64,000 nucleotides of DNA from an uncultured Muribaculaceae bacterium (lineage in GTDB: Bacteria > Bacillota_I > Bacilli_A > RF39 > UBA660), in the NCBI GenBank assembly GCA_964650315.1, contig CAZYQE010000003.1, forward strand, positions 15,772-79,771. Direction: 5' to 3'. The notes under the pieces were generated by a model, which was given only the letters and a program-made list of their open reading frames with translations, was not told the DNA's origin and did not search any database. Below, piece by piece: positions 28,475-37,984 of this stretch (position 1 is the first letter of the stretch; each line of letters begins with the position of its first letter). The translations under genes were made by a program, and so were the position numbers.

Positions 28475-29137
28475 CTAACCAACTAGTTCAAAAATATATA
28501 CAGTTTGTTTAGTACTATCATCTTTAGTACAAGTAATAAGTGTTAAAGTAGTTTTATCAAAGTTTCTATTTATTTTTACTTTACCATTCTTAGGTACATT
28601 ATATACATTAACTAAACTATATTTATAATCTCTACCATTATAAGTAACAAAAGCATTGTCACCATGTTTTAATGTATATAAATATGCAAAGTATGAAATA
28701 TATGCAGTACCTGAATGAGCCATCAATATTAAATTACCTCCGGCTACATCTGGCATAGTAGAACCTAAAACTAATGTAACATTATACTCTATATTATTAT
28801 ATTTTGAATCTAGATTACAGAATCCCCTTCTTAAACCTATTTTAGGAATAGATAACACTCCTAAATACTTACCATAATCAATATTTTGTTGATTATACAC
28901 TGTACCATCTGATACATTATTAGCTTTTGGAGCTTCAACATTTTTATCACTATTACCATAATTATACATAGAAAGTAACATATCATTAAATAATTCTTCC
29001 CTAAGTTTAGCCAAATGATTAAATGATAAAACTACAACTCCCATAAATACAAGTAAAGAGCCAAATATTAATAAATGACTCTTTTTAATTTCCTTTTGTT
29101 TAATCTTGTTCAGAAACTTTAGATTTAGCATTCGCAT
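28475..29137 (-). CDS. Sortase-like transpeptidase (His and TLITC Cys present, canonical Arg not evident)
   Basis: N-terminal TM, LILMAHSG (His) and TLTLITC (Cys). The C-terminus reads TKDDSTKQTVYIFELVG with no Arg. The gene overlaps the end of the adhesin gene. Confidence 0.65.
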   Translation of the reverse strand: MRMLNLKFLNKIKQKEIKKSHLLIFGSLLVFMGVVVLSFNHLAKLREELFNDMLLSMYNYGNSDKNVEAPKANNVSDGTVYNQQNIDYGKYLGVLSIPKIGLRRGFCNLDSKYNNIEYNVTLVLGSTMPDVAGGNLILMAHSGTAYISYFAYLYTLKHGDNAFVTYNGRDYKYSLVNVYNVPKNGKVKINRNFDKTTLTLITCTKDDSTKQTVYIFELVG

Positions 29138-30326
29138 AAATTATACCAAGTCCACATAACAATATTACAAGTCCAATAAAGTATACAGATTGAGCAGTAT
29201 TCATACCTGTATCAGGTACACTAGGTTGATAATCTAATTCAAGTCCAGTATTAACTGTTTCTTTTTCTAATACTGTTACATTTTGGTAATCAGTTCCACT
29301 TGGTGGAGTAAATACATAAGCTGTTGGAACTGGTCCTGTAACAGAAAGAGTAACTTTCTTAGTTTTTTCTGTAACACTAGCTATTGGAACTAGCATATAG
29401 AATTTACTAGCAGTAATCTTTGAAAGATCAGTAATTTCTTTTCCACTTTCTGTATATAGTTTTGTACCTGAAGGGAATTCAGATTTAATTGAATAAGTTT
29501 CCCCTGCTTGTAATCCTGAAACTGTAATCATAGGTGATTTATAATATTTATTATCACCAGTTACAGTAATTTCATCACTACTCTTAGTAATAGTTAATGT
29601 ATTCGATTTAGCTTTTTCAGCTTGTGTTACTAATGGTGCAACATATTTATTGTATAGTTCCGCAACGGCAGGATCATCCTCTCTAACACCAGCACCTTCA
29701 GTATTTAAAGCAGAAATTTGTGTATCCTGTTTTATTTTAGGTAGCAATTCATCATGTTTACCGTCCCATGTATTTTTATCAAATCCTGTTTTACCCTTTT
29801 GTGCCATATTATAAGAATATAGCCAAACTGCAGTCTGTGTTACCCAAGTATCAGTATACTTAGGAAGACCATGAGTACCAGATTTAGATAAAATATAAAC
29901 TATACCTGAATCTACTGGGGTATTAGTTCTAGTAAAAGTTGTTCCTCCATTTGGTATAGCACCATCTTTTTGCAAACAGAAAACTTGTATATTATAAGGA
30001 GATGATGGGTTATCACCATTTCTTGCCATTTGATATGGAGCATTATAATTTGCAACACCCGCTTCACTAGGACCACTTATATTACCCTGAAGTCTTCTAA
30101 AGCTTGCAGTTGAACTAGTTTGATCTGTCACAATAGTATTTCCCACAGTGTCTTTATCATACATAATTGCATATGAATCTTTACCACTAAATTGTATTGC
30201 GATAAAAGATACAAAAGCTACCATTATCATTAATGCAGATAAATGATGTGGAACTTGTGATCCCATTACTTGTCTAAATTTTGATTTTTGTTTTTCGTTA
30301 TTATCTTCCATATAGATTTTTTCCAT
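29100..30326 (-). CDS. Cell-wall-anchored thioester-domain (TED) adhesin with a VPDTG sorting signal
   Basis: Signal/TM then SYA. VFCLQ (thioester Cys motif) and WVTQTAVWLY (TQxAVW Gln motif). C-terminal VPDTG, a hydrophobic stretch and a KSK tail. An extended -10 (TGtTATAAT) lies upstream. Confidence 0.7.
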   Translation of the reverse strand: MEKIYMEDNNEKQKSKFRQVMGSQVPHHLSALMIMVAFVSFIAIQFSGKDSYAIMYDKDTVGNTIVTDQTSSTASFRRLQGNISGPSEAGVANYNAPYQMARNGDNPSSPYNIQVFCLQKDGAIPNGGTTFTRTNTPVDSGIVYILSKSGTHGLPKYTDTWVTQTAVWLYSYNMAQKGKTGFDKNTWDGKHDELLPKIKQDTQISALNTEGAGVREDDPAVAELYNKYVAPLVTQAEKAKSNTLTITKSSDEITVTGDNKYYKSPMITVSGLQAGETYSIKSEFPSGTKLYTESGKEITDLSKITASKFYMLVPIASVTEKTKKVTLSVTGPVPTAYVFTPPSGTDYQNVTVLEKETVNTGLELDYQPSVPDTGMNTAQSVYFIGLVILLCGLGIIYANAKSKVSEQD

Positions 30327-30407
30327 AAATTCACCCTACCTTCATATATAATTATTATAACATATTTTTAAATAAATCAAACATTTTTTTACATATTTAA
30401 TAAATTT

Positions 30408-31382
30408 CTAAAACTTTATATCAAAACTATTATCTATAGCTGTTTCTCCTCTACCACCATAAATAAGATCTTTATAATTATCTAAGCTAAAAATATAAGC
30501 TATATATTTATCAAAAATACCAGTTATTTTAATAGTAACAGTCTTATTTTTATTATTATCATTCTTAGGAATTCTTACATAGAAAGAATCAGTAACATCT
30601 AACGGAGTATTTTCATCTATTTCCCTTCCTTCAGAATCAACAATCTTTAAACCATTAATATTTGAAGTATTAGATACTAAATATTTTTTAAAACTATCTG
30701 ATTTATTAGTAATAACTTTAATCTCAGAACTTTGATAATACTTATTATCTTTAGTTGAATATACTTTATCTTCATTAAATATCTTAATATTATAATCTTC
30801 TTTATTTACTTTTAATGCATTATTTACTAAGTCTTTTATATAAGTATTATATATAGTATTCTTTGTTTCTAATACTTTATCTTCACTATAAAGTCTCTTA
30901 CAATTTTTAATATTATATATAGAATTATTATCTAGATTATATTTACCAATTTTATTTAAATATAGCCATATAGAAGTTTGAGTAATCCATGTTCCAAAAT
31001 CACTATCTATAGATTCTCCGTTGTTATCCTTTAATTCTTTATTAGGATAACTATTAGCTAAAATATATATTAATCCTTTATCTTTTATTTCTTCTTTTAT
31101 AATATACTCATTACCATAATCTTCAGTCATATTATAACTAAATACTTGATTATTATTACTATAAATTTTACTAACTTCAACACCTTTATAAGTATTATTT
31201 ATATCTTCAGAGTGTATTCCACTATTAACACTATCAATACTTAAAGTATCAGGTATTTCTATTTTATCCTCTATTGCATAAGAAGATGTTTTCTTATTAG
31301 TAAAATTATATATAACAAAAACTCCTACTATAAAGAAAACTAAAATAAATATAGGTATTTTATACTTACTAATCTTTTTCAT
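30408..31382 (-). CDS. TED-like paralog lacking the thioester Cys and lacking a sorting signal
   Basis: It aligns by eye with the 408-aa protein: NNQVFSYN vs NIQVFCLQ, GLIYILANS vs GIVYILSKS, WITQTSIWLY vs WVTQTAVWLY, DNKYYQSSEIKV vs DNKYYKSPMITV. It ends ...DNSFDIKF. Confidence 0.6.
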   Translation of the reverse strand: MKKISKYKIPIFILVFFIVGVFVIYNFTNKKTSSYAIEDKIEIPDTLSIDSVNSGIHSEDINNTYKGVEVSKIYSNNNQVFSYNMTEDYGNEYIIKEEIKDKGLIYILANSYPNKELKDNNGESIDSDFGTWITQTSIWLYLNKIGKYNLDNNSIYNIKNCKRLYSEDKVLETKNTIYNTYIKDLVNNALKVNKEDYNIKIFNEDKVYSTKDNKYYQSSEIKVITNKSDSFKKYLVSNTSNINGLKIVDSEGREIDENTPLDVTDSFYVRIPKNDNNKNKTVTIKITGIFDKYIAYIFSLDNYKDLIYGGRGETAIDNSFDIKF

Positions 31383-31413
31383 AAACCCTCCACATATTTA
31401 TTTTATCATATAT

Positions 31414-32646
31414 TTACTTGATTGAAAATGCATCTAAAATTGCTTTTTTATCAAAATCATTAGCATTACTATAATAAACAGTACATAGAACACTACCTGT
31501 TCCTACAATAGATCCCACTTGTTTATTAAGTTTAATTCCAACTGTAGGATCAATCTTATCATCTTTAGCTACTCTACCAGCACCTAATCCTACTGATATT
31601 TCTCCTAATTTAAAGGCATCTATTTTTTCTAAAACTCCTTTTTTATTAGATCTAATTTGTTTAGTTTTCTTACTAATTTTTATTTTAGAAAGATCTCCTC
31701 CTTGAGCTTTTACTAATTCTTCAAACTTTCTATAAGCAGAACCATCTCTTAATACTTCTCTAGCCATATCAGCTCCATCCCACTTAGATACACCTTTAGC
31801 CATACTTATAAGTTCACTAGCTAAATTTACACATAAAGAATAAAAATTACCTTTATTTATCTTACCTTTTAATAAATCAACTGCCTCTTGTACTTCTAAA
31901 CTATTACCAATATTAGTTCCTAAAGGATTGTCCATTTCACTAATAACAGTTTGTACTTCTCTATTATAAAATTCTCCTATTTTTTTCATTAATTCACTAA
32001 GTTTATGTGCTTCTTTTCTTGTATGTAATAAAGCCCCTTTACCTACTTTAATATCCATAACTATTTTATTAGCCCCACTTGCTATTTTCTTACTCATAGT
32101 ACTAACTGCAATTAAAGGTACAGATGAAACTGTTCCAGTAACATCTCTTAATGCATAAATCTTTTTATCCATAGGAGCTAAAGTTGCAGTTTGCCCTGTT
32201 AATACTATGCCAATATCTTTAGCTTGTTTAATTATTTCTTCATCTGTTAAAGATGTATTATATCCTGGAATACTTTCTAATTTATCAATTGTTCCTCCTG
32301 TAAAACCAAGTCCCCTACCACTCATCTTTATAATAGGTATATCTAAAGCTGCTACTATAGGTGCAACTACTAACGTTGTCTTATCTCCTACACCACCAGT
32401 AGAATGTTTATCAACTTTATTACCAGGTATAAAACTTAAATCTAAGATATCCCCACTATCAATAAATATCTTAGTTAAAGCATATATTTCTTCATCTTCC
32501 ATACCATTTATACAAATAGCCATTAATAAACTAGCCATTTGATAATCTGTAATTTTTCCTTCTAAGTAACCATTAAAGAAAAACTTTAATTCTTTATAAC
32601 TTAACTCTTTACCTAATCTTTTCTTATCAATAATATCTACTATCAT
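31414..32646 (-). CDS. pdp: Pyrimidine-nucleoside phosphorylase
   Basis: Motifs DKHSTGGVGDKT and SGRGLGFTGGTIDKLE. ATGA overlap with the upstream GNAT gene. Confidence 0.9.
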   Translation of the reverse strand: MIVDIIDKKRLGKELSYKELKFFFNGYLEGKITDYQMASLLMAICINGMEDEEIYALTKIFIDSGDILDLSFIPGNKVDKHSTGGVGDKTTLVVAPIVAALDIPIIKMSGRGLGFTGGTIDKLESIPGYNTSLTDEEIIKQAKDIGIVLTGQTATLAPMDKKIYALRDVTGTVSSVPLIAVSTMSKKIASGANKIVMDIKVGKGALLHTRKEAHKLSELMKKIGEFYNREVQTVISEMDNPLGTNIGNSLEVQEAVDLLKGKINKGNFYSLCVNLASELISMAKGVSKWDGADMAREVLRDGSAYRKFEELVKAQGGDLSKIKISKKTKQIRSNKKGVLEKIDAFKLGEISVGLGAGRVAKDDKIDPTVGIKLNKQVGSIVGTGSVLCTVYYSNANDFDKKAILDAFSIK

Positions 32647-33047
32647 AATATCTCCTTTCTAAAGACATTAGTCTCTCTAATAACAAATCCCATATCTTTA
32701 TATAAATACTGAGCTTCTACTCTCTTATCATTAGAAGTAAGCTCTATATATGAAATATTATTATTCTTACATATTTTAAATACATACTCTAACATATGAG
32801 AAGCAATTTTTTTATTTCTATATTCTTCTTTTACACATACATAATTTAAAAAAGCATAATAAATATTTTTAACACTATCATATAATTTATTAATAGTTAA
32901 ATAACCAATTACTTGATTATTACATACCGCAACTATTTCTATATTATTAGTATTATCTTCTTCTTTTTCTAAATCAAATACTTCTTTAAGTAATATATTT
33001 AAAGAATCTCTATCACTAGTTTTATATGTCCTAATATTTATCTCCAT
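32643..33047 (-). CDS. GNAT-family N-acetyltransferase
   Basis: YVCVKEEYRNKKIASHML (acetyl-CoA binding region). The ATG at 33047 has SD AGGGGTG. The track start at 33068 lies 7 nt after a TATAAT box. Confidence 0.75.
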   Translation of the reverse strand: MEINIRTYKTSDRDSLNILLKEVFDLEKEEDNTNNIEIVAVCNNQVIGYLTINKLYDSVKNIYYAFLNYVCVKEEYRNKKIASHMLEYVFKICKNNNISYIELTSNDKRVEAQYLYKDMGFVIRETNVFRKEIL

Positions 33048-33112
33048 ACTAGCACCCCTATCATACATAGATTATAACATGTTTATACAAAAAAATACAT
33101 AAAAAAAGCAGA

Positions 33113-33457
33113 CTATTTATCTGCTTCTTTTTCGTCGTTAGGTTTGCTAGAAAGGAAAGTTATTTTTTCACCCACAACCTCCATAATAGTTTCATTCTTT
33201 TTATCCTTTTCTACAGTTCTTGATTGAAGTCGTCCCTTTAATCCGACAACATCCCCTTTTTTACAATACTCTTTTGTATTCTCTGCAACACTATCCCAAA
33301 TAATACACTTTATAAAATCAGTATCATATCCCCCTTCCATATTTTTAAAACTTCTTGGAATAGCAAGTGTTAGTGTTGCAACCTTCTTACCAGAATCACT
33401 TTTATTTATTTGTATTTCATGTGCAAGTCTACCAACCAAAACCACCTGATTTAACAT
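33113..33457 (-). CDS. Short single-stranded DNA-binding protein (SsbB-like, no acidic C-terminal tip)
   Basis: MLNQVVLVGRLAHE...TLAIPRSF...DFIKCIIWDSVAEN...KGDVVGLKGRLQSR OB fold. 114 aa, ending in EKEADK. Confidence 0.75.
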   Translation of the reverse strand: MLNQVVLVGRLAHEIQINKSDSGKKVATLTLAIPRSFKNMEGGYDTDFIKCIIWDSVAENTKEYCKKGDVVGLKGRLQSRTVEKDKKNETIMEVVGEKITFLSSKPNDEKEADK

Positions 33458-33612
33458 ATATCACCTCCTTTCAAGTGATATATTATCTAGTTGTTTTTGA
33501 TAAAGCAAACTACAGAAATTAAGAATTTAAATAATATTTTTATACAAAAAAAGAAATTCTCTATATGAAAATTTCTTTTTAGAATACTTAATATATTAAA
33601 TATACAAATTAC

Positions 33613-34926
33613 CTATAAATTACTTTTTATTAATTGATTTAATTCTACTGCATATTCCATAGGTAATTCTTCTCTAAATTTTTCTAAGAAACCTAATACT
33701 ATAAGTTCAGTAGCTCTTTCCCTAGATATACCTCTACTCATCATATAGAATAAGTTATCTTCACTTATTTTAGAGACTGTTGCTTCATGCTCTATATTAC
33801 TACTTAGATTAAAACATGAATTTGTTGGGATAGTATCACTCTTAGATTTTTCATCTAGTATTAGAGTATCACATTGGACTATAGCTTCACTATTACTAGA
33901 TTTCTCTTTTATCTTAACATCTCCTCTATAAGTAGCATTTCCTCCATCACTAGCAATACTTTTAGATATTATATTACTCTTAGTATTCTTACCTAAATGA
34001 ATCATTCTAGCTCCACTATCTTGTTGTTGTTCTTTTGTAGCAACTGATATAGTAATACAGGTACCACTAGAGTTGTCTCCTTTTAATACACAACATGGAT
34101 ACTTCATAGTAACTTTACTACCAATATTACCATCTATCCATTCCATCTTTCCACCTTCATCAACAAGTGCTCTTTTAGTAACTAAATTATATACATTAGT
34201 AGCCCAATTTTGAATAGTAGAATATCTACATTTACTATTTTTACCTACATATATTTCTACTACTGCTGCATGTAGAGCAGATTCACTATAGCTAGGTGCA
34301 GTACAACCTTCTACATAGTGAAGATCTGAATTATCATCTACTATTATTAAAGTTCTTTCAAATTGTCCCATATTACGAGAATTAATTCTAAAATAACTTT
34401 GTAATGGTCTATCTAATTTAGTATTAGGTGGTATATAAATAAAACTACCTCCACTAAATACTGCACTATTTAAAGCAGAAAACTTATTTTCATTATTATT
34501 TACTATTTTTCCAAAATATTTTTTGACTAAGTCAGGATACTCTTTCATAGCAACTTCAATAGATGTAAATATTACTTTTTTCTTTTCTAATTCTTCTATC
34601 ATTTTATGGTATATTACTTCACTTTCATATTGAACTCCCATACCTGATAGATGTCTTTCACTTTCTATTACCCCTAAATCATCTAATTCATCTACAACTG
34701 GTTTTAAAACATTATTCCAATCACTTTCAATTTTTAAATCTTGTTTATCTTTCTTATAATATATTATTTTATTAAAATCTAGATCAATCTTTGGACCAAA
34801 TTTGGGCATATCTAAATTAATAAAATTCTCATAACTTTTTAATCTAAAGTCCCTAACCCATTTATCTTCATTCTTCTCTTTAGATATAAGTTTAATTTTA
34901 TCTTTATTTATACCTACTATTTCCAT
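33613..34926 (-). CDS. sufB: Fe-S cluster assembly scaffold SufB
   Basis: About 437 aa with the typical SufB C-terminus FYMMSRGISRERATELIVLGF. Last gene of the sufCDSUB order. Confidence 0.9.
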   Translation of the reverse strand: MEIVGINKDKIKLISKEKNEDKWVRDFRLKSYENFINLDMPKFGPKIDLDFNKIIYYKKDKQDLKIESDWNNVLKPVVDELDDLGVIESERHLSGMGVQYESEVIYHKMIEELEKKKVIFTSIEVAMKEYPDLVKKYFGKIVNNNENKFSALNSAVFSGGSFIYIPPNTKLDRPLQSYFRINSRNMGQFERTLIIVDDNSDLHYVEGCTAPSYSESALHAAVVEIYVGKNSKCRYSTIQNWATNVYNLVTKRALVDEGGKMEWIDGNIGSKVTMKYPCCVLKGDNSSGTCITISVATKEQQQDSGARMIHLGKNTKSNIISKSIASDGGNATYRGDVKIKEKSSNSEAIVQCDTLILDEKSKSDTIPTNSCFNLSSNIEHEATVSKISEDNLFYMMSRGISRERATELIVLGFLEKFREELPMEYAVELNQLIKSNL

Positions 34927-34945
34927 AATATCACCACGATTCTAA

Positions 34946-35371
34946 CTATTTTTCTAACTGTTCTAACATTTTAGTAATACAACTACTAGGTAGTAATGCA
35001 CAATTCATTCTATTAGGTTGTTTACTAATACTTTCATATACTACTAAGTCTTGTAGTAAATCTTCATCATATTCTTTTTCTTCTAACATATTTTTATAAT
35101 TTAAAATTAATTTTTTAGCATCTTCTACACTCTTACCAATTAAATTTCTAATAAATATAGAAGTAGCAGATGTACTAATAGCACATGCTTCTCCATCAAA
35201 GACAATATCTTTAATAATACCATCTTCTACTTTCATCATTAAAGTTAAATTATCTATACAACTTTCACTATTATAATTAGTACTTAAATAACTTTCATCA
35301 TTAACTAATCCTCTATGCATAGGATTTTCATAATTATCTAATATTATTTCTCTTTTTAAATTACTATCCAT
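34946..35371 (-). CDS. sufU: SufU-type (IscU-like) sulfur-transfer / Fe-S assembly protein
   Basis: Motifs YENPMHRG, CID, GEACAIS and NCALLP. Confidence 0.85.
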   Translation of the reverse strand: MDSNLKREIILDNYENPMHRGLVNDESYLSTNYNSESCIDNLTLMMKVEDGIIKDIVFDGEACAISTSATSIFIRNLIGKSVEDAKKLILNYKNMLEEKEYDEDLLQDLVVYESISKQPNRMNCALLPSSCITKMLEQLEK

Positions 35372-35379
35372 ATTATCAC

Positions 35380-36576
35380 CTATATTATTACTTTAAATAT
35401 ATCTTTACTATCCTTTAATACCATAATTAATTTATCTACATCTTCTTTATTATTATATAAATACATACTTACTCTTACAGTATTTCTAATATTAATCTCA
35501 TCTTTTAACATCTTAGTGCAGTGGTTACCTGCACGCACATAGATATTATAATGATTTAAATACACTGATGCATCTTGACTAAATACATCTTTTATATTAA
35601 AAGCAAGTATCCCACTATTAGAGTTTTTATTATATAAAACTAAATTAGGTATTTTTTCTAACTCCCCTACTAAATATTTCTTTAAATCTATCTCATAATT
35701 ATGAATCTTATCCATACCGATAGATTCTAAATACTCTATAGCAGTTTTCATACCTATAACTCCTTCTATATTAGGAGTTCCTGCTTCAAACTTAACAGGA
35801 GCATTCTTTAATTCATAAGAATTATCTTCTTCAAAGAATTGATTCATTCCTCCACCAAACTTAATTGGATCCATATCTTCAAGTAGATTGTATTTTCCTA
35901 CTAAGACTCCTACTCCTGTAGGCCCTAACATCTTATGTGCAGAAAAACTTAAAAAATCTATATTACATTTCTTAAAATCTACTTTCATATGAGGAACACT
36001 TTGGGCTCCATCTACATTAAATAAAATATTCTTTTCCTTACATATCTTACCTATCTCTTCTATATCACGTACATCTCCTATTACATTAGTAACATGAGCA
36101 ATTGAAATTACTTTTGTTTTATCTGTAATAGTTTTTTCTAGATTTTCTACTGTTAATTCGTATTCTTCATTTAGAGGTATATATTTTATAACTATTCCAA
36201 TCTCTTCACTTAATTTAATCCAAGGTAGAACGTTAGATGCATGTTCTGACTTAGTAAGTAGGACTTCATCACCTTTTTTAAGATGTTTTTTCATATATCC
36301 AAATACAACCATATTAATAGATTCTGTAGTTCCACTAGTAAATACTACTTCTTTTGGACTATTACAGTTAATAAACTTACAAACTACATCTCTTGTTTCA
36401 TCATATAATTTATTTGTAATAACAGAAGCATCATAATCTCCTCTATGTATATTAGAAGTATGCTTAGTATAATAATCTTCTACACTTTCTATTACACATT
36501 TAGGTTTTAGAGTTGTCGCCCCATTATCAAAGAAACTAATATCTTTATCTAACATTGGAAAGTCATCTCTATTCAT
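35380..36576 (-). CDS. sufS: Cysteine desulfurase SufS (PLP-dependent)
   Basis: SFSAHKMLGPTG (PLP Lys) and RAGNHC (active-site Cys). Confidence 0.9.
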   Translation of the reverse strand: MNRDDFPMLDKDISFFDNGATTLKPKCVIESVEDYYTKHTSNIHRGDYDASVITNKLYDETRDVVCKFINCNSPKEVVFTSGTTESINMVVFGYMKKHLKKGDEVLLTKSEHASNVLPWIKLSEEIGIVIKYIPLNEEYELTVENLEKTITDKTKVISIAHVTNVIGDVRDIEEIGKICKEKNILFNVDGAQSVPHMKVDFKKCNIDFLSFSAHKMLGPTGVGVLVGKYNLLEDMDPIKFGGGMNQFFEEDNSYELKNAPVKFEAGTPNIEGVIGMKTAIEYLESIGMDKIHNYEIDLKKYLVGELEKIPNLVLYNKNSNSGILAFNIKDVFSQDASVYLNHYNIYVRAGNHCTKMLKDEINIRNTVRVSMYLYNNKEDVDKLIMVLKDSKDIFKVII

Positions 36577-36587
36577 AAAATCACCTC

Positions 36588-37166
36588 CTAGATTCTTTCT
36601 ATTTCTAATAAAAACTTATCTATTTTAACTAAATCTATACTATCACTATTAATTAAAAAACCTTTAAGTAATAATAAATAAGCATTCTTTTTACTTATCC
36701 CCCTACTCATTAAATAGAATAAATATTCATCCTTAAATTTACCAATATAGGCAGCATGATTACTATCTACATCATAATTATCTATTAATAAATTAGGTTT
36801 AATAGTACTTTTACCATTTCTTATATTTATAATTTGATTATCTTGATTACAAATACACTTATTACTATCTCTTAGTACACTACCTTCAACATTATAAGTT
36901 AAATAATTATCTTTAACATTAACTCCATGATTATATAATTCACTATGAGTATTATCCTTATTATGATTAACTTTTATATTTAGTTTATTATCATCATAAT
37001 TAATATTATTATAGTAATAATAAAGATTAATATCTTCTTTATTTAAATTAATCTCTACATTACTACTACCATTAATAGAAAAGTGATAAATTATTGTATC
37101 TTCTTCTATATTATATTTATAATCTTTACTTTCGTTATTGTCTAATACATATATCTCTTTACTCAT
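36588..37166 (-). CDS. sufD: Short SufD-like Fe-S assembly protein (about 192 aa)
   Basis: It sits in the SufD position and has the SufB/D C-terminal motif FYLMSRGISKKNAYLLLLKGF. The ATG at 37166 overlaps the sufC stop by 8 nt. An alternative ATG lies at 37178. Confidence 0.7.
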   Translation of the reverse strand: MSKEIYVLDNNESKDYKYNIEEDTIIYHFSINGSSNVEINLNKEDINLYYYYNNINYDDNKLNIKVNHNKDNTHSELYNHGVNVKDNYLTYNVEGSVLRDSNKCICNQDNQIINIRNGKSTIKPNLLIDNYDVDSNHAAYIGKFKDEYLFYLMSRGISKKNAYLLLLKGFLINSDSIDLVKIDKFLLEIERI

Positions 37167-37899
37167 TATAATCACCATAACCGTCTTTTTCGACTTTCTT
37201 AGCTAAAGACATATCCCCAGTAGTTTTAATACTACCATTAGATAATATATGTACATAATCTGGTTTAATATATTCTAATATTCTAGGATAATGAGTAATT
37301 ATTAAGACTGATGATTCTTTATTTTCTTTTAAATAGTTATTTATATTTTTAGAAACTATTTTTAAACTATCTACATCAAGTCCACTATCTATTTCATCTA
37401 ATATAATATATTTAGGTTTTAAACATTTTAATTGAAGTATTTCATTCTTTTTCTTTTCTCCACCACTAAATCCAGAGTTTAAAGATCTATGTAACATATT
37501 AGAGTCTAGTGATACTTCATCCATAGATTTTTCTATATCCTTCATAAAAGTATATAGATTAACTTTTTCTTCACTTTTTTCATTAAGAGCTGTTCTTATA
37601 AATTCACTATTAGATACACCTTCTATTACAGTAGGATCTTGCATACATAAAAATAGTCCCTTTTTAGCTCTTTCATCTGTATCTAAATCTTTTATAGATT
37701 CACTATCTATTAAAATATCTCCAGAAGTAACTTCATAACTATAATGACCCATAATTACTTTAGATAAAGTACTTTTACCAGTACCATTAGGTCCCATAAT
37801 AGCATGTACTTCTCCTGGTTTTATCTTTAATGATAATTTATTTAAAATATTAATATCACTATCTTTAACTTTAGCACTCAAATTCTTAACTTCTAGCAT
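37159..37899 (-). CDS. sufC: Fe-S cluster assembly ATPase SufC
   Basis: MLEVKNLSAKV..., Walker A GPNGTGKST, LSGGEKKK and ILDEIDSGLD. The ATG at 37899 has SD GGAG. The track start at 37956 adds 19 atypical residues. Confidence 0.9.
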   Translation of the reverse strand: MLEVKNLSAKVKDSDINILNKLSLKIKPGEVHAIMGPNGTGKSTLSKVIMGHYSYEVTSGDILIDSESIKDLDTDERAKKGLFLCMQDPTVIEGVSNSEFIRTALNEKSEEKVNLYTFMKDIEKSMDEVSLDSNMLHRSLNSGFSGGEKKKNEILQLKCLKPKYIILDEIDSGLDVDSLKIVSKNINNYLKENKESSVLIITHYPRILEYIKPDYVHILSNGSIKTTGDMSLAKKVEKDGYGDYNE

Positions 37900-37984
37900 A
37901 TAATCATCTCCATCAATAAACATATATATTTTATCATAATCATTATTATAAAACAATTAAAAAAGTGGATTACTCCACTTCTTT

